Source of the DNA: Myxococcota bacterium
GTDB lineage: Bacteria; Myxococcota; UBA4151
Assembly: GCA_040260805.1 (NCBI GenBank)
Contig: JBDQPD010000059.1
Coordinates: forward strand, 1 to 20,912
Direction: 5' to 3'
DNA length: 20,912 nucleotides
The position numbers and the translations under genes were made by a program. Numbering within the stretch: position 1 is the first letter of the stretch; every line of letters begins with the position of its first letter. The notes under the pieces were generated by a model that was not told where the DNA came from, did not search any database, and was given only the letters and a program-made list of their open reading frames with translations. Positions 17,256 through 20,912 of the stretch are shown here, one piece after another.

Positions 17256-17684
17256 TCAGATCTCCAGCGGCTCAGGAGCTTGACCGTCGTGGCCGTGCTC
17301 GGTGCCGGTGTACACATGTAGTTTCTTCAGCATGACCCGACCGAGGCGCCCTTTGGGGAGCATACCTTTGACGGCATTGGTGATCAGGAACTCTGGGTTC
17401 GTCTCACGCTTTGCTTCCGCGGTGCGACTCTTGATGCCGCCAACGTGGTTGGTGTGCCAGTAGTAGGTCTTGTTTTCTTCCTTACGCCCGGTCAGCGCGA
17501 CCTTCTCGGCGTTGATCACGACCACGTGGTCGCCGCAGTCAACGTTCGGCGTAAAGATGGGTTTGTGCTTACCTCGAAGGATCGTCGCAATACGAGTGGC
17601 GGCGCGGCCCAGAACCTTGTCATCAAGGTCCACCACGTACCAGTTGCGCTCGATGTCTTGTTCGCGTGCGGATTCAGTCTTCAT
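17256..17684 (-). CDS. rplM: 50S ribosomal protein L13
   Basis: [51 protein letters not shown]. Directly upstream of rpsI. Confidence 0.98.
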   Translation of the reverse strand: MKTESAREQDIERNWYVVDLDDKVLGRAATRIATILRGKHKPIFTPNVDCGDHVVVINAEKVALTGRKEENKTYYWHTNHVGGIKSRTAEAKRETNPEFLITNAVKGMLPKGRLGRVMLKKLHVYTGTEHGHDGQAPEPLEI

Positions 17685-18051
17685 TACCTACCTCTTCACT
17701 CATGATCGCCCGGTCCAGAGGAAGCCCCTGAGCCTGCGAGGAGGCGCTATTGTCAGTCCGGGACCTCATGGTCAAGGCAAATGCGGCGGCTAAAAGAGCG
17801 GCGATGGCCAGGTGCAGACCGGCCTGGGCGAGATCTTTTTGACCTTGCAGAAGAACCAAGGACTCAAAGGCGAAGACAGCGATCGCAGCGCAAAGGGCAG
17901 CTGCGCGCGGATCGGGACAACTGTAGCCTGCTGCCCATGCGGCTACCACGATCGCCAACCATGGACTGCTGGTGCCGAGGAGGTCGAGCGAAGCGGTGCT
18001 CACTGCGACCATCGCAAAGCCGATCACCATAATCCTCAAGACCAGCTTCAT
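17674..18051 (-). CDS. Small hypothetical membrane protein (3-4 TM)
   Basis: ATG at 18051 overlaps the truA stop (ATGA); hydrophobic helices; 3' end overlaps the rplM start by 11 nt. Confidence 0.6.
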   Translation of the reverse strand: MKLVLRIMVIGFAMVAVSTASLDLLGTSSPWLAIVVAAWAAGYSCPDPRAAALCAAIAVFAFESLVLLQGQKDLAQAGLHLAIAALLAAAFALTMRSRTDNSASSQAQGLPLDRAIMSEEVGNED

Positions 18052-18902
18052 GGGCTCTGGTCCCAGGGCGCTCCTGGCCACGATAAACCTGAGGGCAACA
18101 AGGCTTCCATTTCATCGCCGACGGAGTACATTTGCCAAAGCGTGAGCCCCTTCGCTGGCGCGGTCGTTCCTGCGCGGCGCCGATCTCGAGCCTCAAGGAT
18201 TGATCGCACCTGATCGGGCGAGCGTTGTCCTCGGCCGACGTCCACTAAAGTGCCTGCGATGATCCGCATTTGGTGGTGGCAAAAAGCGTTCCCGCGCACG
18301 TCGAGTTCGATCAGCCAGCCTGCATCCTCGCTCGGTGGAAGCTCGCTGTGAGTCGTGTTGCGTGTCACGCTCACATGCCAGAGCGCACGCCTGGCGTGCT
18401 TGGCTTGGCAGTGCGTCGAGCGAAAGCTGTCGAAGTCATGCTCGCCGACCAAGTGGGCTGCGGCTTCGTTCATGGCCTCGAGATCCATCCGTGTTTTGCC
18501 TGGCCGCACCCAACAGGTAGAGACCAGATTGGGAGGGGCGGCACCTCCGCACCAGATGCGGTAAAGATATCGCTTACCGAAGACATTGGTCTTTGGTCGC
18601 CAGGCTGAATCCACCTCCCGGCTCGTGTAGACGCGGATGGTTTCGGGTAGTCGACCATTGAGTGCAACCATCAATCTATGGGCGTTAACTCGGGCTAAAC
18701 CAGAGATCAGCACGCGTTGGTCGCGGGCGTGGACACCGGAGTCTGTTCGAGAAGCGCCGACCATGAATGGCGGCTCTTCGAAGAGGGGCTGAGCGGCTTC
18801 GTAGAGGGTCCCAGCGACGGAGGGATGCGGCTCTTGAAGCTGCCAACCGCAGTAAGAGCGGCCATCATAGCCGACGCGAAGGGCGAAATGAACATTGCGC
18901 AA
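18048..18902 (-). CDS. truA: tRNA pseudouridine(38-40) synthase TruA
   Basis: VGYDGRSYCGWQLQ, catalytic ASRTDSGVHA, KRYLYRI, LVGEHDFDSFR, GNAFCHHQMRIIAGTL, TAPAKGLTL. TTG at 18902 with GGGAG RBS preferred; the track extension to 19136 would overlap a divergent gene. Confidence 0.93.
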   Translation of the reverse strand: MRNVHFALRVGYDGRSYCGWQLQEPHPSVAGTLYEAAQPLFEEPPFMVGASRTDSGVHARDQRVLISGLARVNAHRLMVALNGRLPETIRVYTSREVDSAWRPKTNVFGKRYLYRIWCGGAAPPNLVSTCWVRPGKTRMDLEAMNEAAAHLVGEHDFDSFRSTHCQAKHARRALWHVSVTRNTTHSELPPSEDAGWLIELDVRGNAFCHHQMRIIAGTLVDVGRGQRSPDQVRSILEARDRRRAGTTAPAKGLTLWQMYSVGDEMEALLPSGLSWPGAPWDQSP

Positions 18903-18961
18903 CGGTGTTTGGCTCCCTATCGTGCCAACCGCCTGTACCGGGCCAGAAGGGACCCTTCCAG

Positions 18962-19399
18962 ATGCGATCCTCGATGGTTTGCTTATTTCTTTTTGTTGCT
19001 TCCAGTTGCGCCGCCCCCGCGGGCTCCGGAAGTTTGACCGCTCCGATTGCTGATCCCGGCGACGATCGCGTGATCCTCGTTGGCGAGACGACGACGCTCT
19101 CTGGCTTGTTATCTTGTGACTCGGAAGCCACCGCAACAGGTGGTTTGCAATACTCCTGGACGATGATTGAAACGCCCGATGGTAGCACGTTAGCGCCGAC
19201 GGATTTAGAGCTTCGTTCAGTCCAGTTTGGAATCACCACCGACACGGCGGGGACCTACCTGTTCGAGCTGGTGGTAACCAACGGCAGTCGGTCATCGCAG
19301 CCTGAGATCGTTGTGGTTGAGGCGACGACGAACGAGCTCCGTGTGACGGCTCCCTCGGCAGCCGCCGAGACCGAAGATCGCTGCGGGAACGCGCTGTGA
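18962..19399 (+). CDS. Lipoprotein with PKD/Ig-like domain
   Basis: MRSSMVCLFLFVASS-C lipobox; PIADPGDDRVILVGETTTLSG..S.D, LQYSWTM and AGTYLFELVVTNG are PKD-like motifs; GTGA overlap with asd. Confidence 0.78.
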   Translation: MRSSMVCLFLFVASSCAAPAGSGSLTAPIADPGDDRVILVGETTTLSGLLSCDSEATATGGLQYSWTMIETPDGSTLAPTDLELRSVQFGITTDTAGTYLFELVVTNGSRSSQPEIVVVEATTNELRVTAPSAAAETEDRCGNAL

Positions 19400-20457
19400 C
19401 CACATCGGCGCTCCGGGTCGCCGTTGTTGGCGCCACCGGAGCCGTCGGGCGTGAGATGGTATCGATCCTAGAAGAGCGCCGATTTCCGGTCGGTGAACTA
19501 CGCTTGTTTGCTTCGGCGGATTCGATCGACCAGACTCTTGAATTTCACGGCGAGGAACTCGCTGTTGAGGATCTAGCAACGCTAGATGCTGACGATCGGT
19601 TCGACCTTGCCTTGTTGTCCGTCGGTTCAGACTTGAGTCTGCACTACGCGCCCTTGTTCGCCGAATCTGGAGCTTGGGTGATCGACAACAGCGCGGCTTT
19701 TCGTGAAGCCGAGGGCTGCCCTTTGGTGGTGCCAGAGATTAACAGCCACAGCCTCAGAGATGCTGATCGTAGGATCGTCGCCAACCCAAACTGTACCACC
19801 ATTGCGCTGGTTCAGTCTTTGTACCCCTTGATGCAATTGCAACGGCTCAAGCGGGTGGTCGTGAGCACCTACCAGGCGGTTAGTGGTGCCGGTAAAAAAG
19901 GGATGAGCGAGCTTGAAGAGCAGGTTCGTAAGCTGCTCAACGGTATTCCGCCAGACGTCGAGGTTTTCCCGGCTCGAATCGCGTTCAATTGCGTTCCGTT
20001 AATCGGCGAGCCTGATGACCAAGGGTTCACCGACGAGGAACGAAAAGTCATGAGTGAGACCCAGCGCATCTTAGGAGATGATCGCATCAAGGTGGTCGCG
20101 ACTGCGGTGCGCGTGCCGGTCTTCATTGGGCATTCGTTATCGGTCAATGTAGAGTTCGACGCTGATTTGGCTCCGGAGGCAGCAGCCCAAGCGATTGCCG
20201 ATCATGCGGGTATTTTGGTGACGGACCGCGAGAGCCATCTGGCCACGCCGACCACTGAGGATATCGCGGGTGAAGACATGGTACTTGTCGGTCGTATGCG
20301 ACGGGACCCTTCGGTCGATCATGGCTTAGCCTACTGGGTTGTCAGCGACAATTTGCGTAAAGGTGCAGCTCTTAACGCCATTCAAATTGCGGAGAGCCTG
20401 ATTCAGCGCGAGCTTCTAGAGCGGACACAAATCGGCGCAGTGAGAGGAAATGCATGA
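19396..20457 (+). CDS. asd: Aspartate-semialdehyde dehydrogenase
   Basis: VAVVGATGAVG, VIDNSAAFR, PLVVPEIN, catalytic ANPNCTT, STYQAVSGAG, VRVPVFIGHS, SDNLRKGAALNAIQIAE. Confidence 0.96.
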   Translation: MTTSALRVAVVGATGAVGREMVSILEERRFPVGELRLFASADSIDQTLEFHGEELAVEDLATLDADDRFDLALLSVGSDLSLHYAPLFAESGAWVIDNSAAFREAEGCPLVVPEINSHSLRDADRRIVANPNCTTIALVQSLYPLMQLQRLKRVVVSTYQAVSGAGKKGMSELEEQVRKLLNGIPPDVEVFPARIAFNCVPLIGEPDDQGFTDEERKVMSETQRILGDDRIKVVATAVRVPVFIGHSLSVNVEFDADLAPEAAAQAIADHAGILVTDRESHLATPTTEDIAGEDMVLVGRMRRDPSVDHGLAYWVVSDNLRKGAALNAIQIAESLIQRELLERTQIGAVRGNA

Positions 20458-20780
20458 GCGGTGCTGAGAAGCGAGAGTTCAAACGAGCAGCAATTCCTTT
20501 ACTGATTCAGTATCGTTTCTCGCCATTTGAGAACTACGAGACCGACTACTCTGCAAACGTTTCGGCTGGCGGCTTGTTCATTCATTGTGAAGAGCCTCCA
20601 GGAAACGTCTCCACGATCTTACTGCGCTTTTTACCGCGTGATGGTTCTCGGGTCATTCTGGCTCAGGGTGAGGTGGTTCGAGCCACTGCCGACGGCTTAG
20701 CCGTCAAGTTTCTACAGATCGAAGACGCCGATCAGGTGTATCTAGAAGAGCTGATCGAAGGCTCCCAAGGGGCAGCCTAG
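20454..20780 (+). CDS. Stand-alone PilZ-domain protein (myxobacterial TIGR02266-like)
   Basis: RxxxR (REFKR) and (D/N)xSxxG (NVSAGGLFI) c-di-GMP motifs, GEVVR..GLAVKF; ATGA overlap with asd. Confidence 0.85.
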   Translation: MSGAEKREFKRAAIPLLIQYRFSPFENYETDYSANVSAGGLFIHCEEPPGNVSTILLRFLPRDGSRVILAQGEVVRATADGLAVKFLQIEDADQVYLEELIEGSQGAA

Positions 20781-20781
20781 A

Positions 20782-20912
20782 TCAAGGCTTGCCGTAAGCC
20801 GTCCACAGCACCACGCCGTCGACTTTGTGCTCATGAAGAATGGGTCGGTCCGCGAAGCGCAGCGCCAGATCACTGAATGTACGCCAGCGACGCTCATGGG
20901 TCAGGATAATAA
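20782..20912 (-). CDS. C-terminal end of an unidentified protein entering from the window end
   Basis: Only open minus frame: ...IILTHERRWRTFSDLALRFADRPILHEHKVDGVVLWTAYGKP* (TGA at 20782-20784), convergent with the PilZ gene. Confidence 0.55.
   Translation of the reverse strand, partial: IILTHERRWRTFSDLALRFADRPILHEHKVDGVVLWTAYGKP

Noticed and set aside
17749..17775. Possible internal sigma70 promoter for rplM (TTGACC-N15-GACAAT, minus strand)
   Set aside because: Spacer is short and the -10 element is weak.
18767..18961. Upstream extension of the PKD lipoprotein ORF
   Set aside because: Overlaps truA antisense; the signal peptide starts at ATG 18962 (or 18974).
18903..19136. 78-aa N-terminal extension of TruA in the ORF track
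   Set aside because: Overlaps the divergent PKD lipoprotein; TruA similarity starts at about 18902, where a TTG with RBS exists.
1..20912. tRNA/rRNA genes, IS elements, integrases, prophage or defence genes
   Set aside because: None recognisable; intergenic spaces are short and coding space is accounted for.

Overview
GC-rich bacterial chromosomal window. Gene content (T3SS-type sctJ/L/N/O, a stand-alone PilZ protein, a TPR-cNMP protein, many lipoproteins) suggests a Myxococcota/deltaproteobacterium-like organism; this is inference, not a database result. Most of the window is housekeeping: stand-alone rpsD, a fused peptide-ABC ATPase, a DUF962/Mpo1-like protein, rimO, prmC, a GlcD-like FAD oxidase, rpsI-rplM, truA and asd. 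Embedded in it is a compact, translationally coupled + strand operon (8081-12850) for the core of a type III secretion system: SctJ, a FliG/SctK-like protein, SctL, an SctN ATPase with an in-frame ~175-aa SctL/FliH-like N-terminal extension, SctO and a small putative lipoprotein. No export gate, secretin, needle or translocon genes are in the window. The apparent stator-ATPase fusion in this minimal cluster is the most unusual signal. Several ORFs that the ORF track missed or mis-started are also described.
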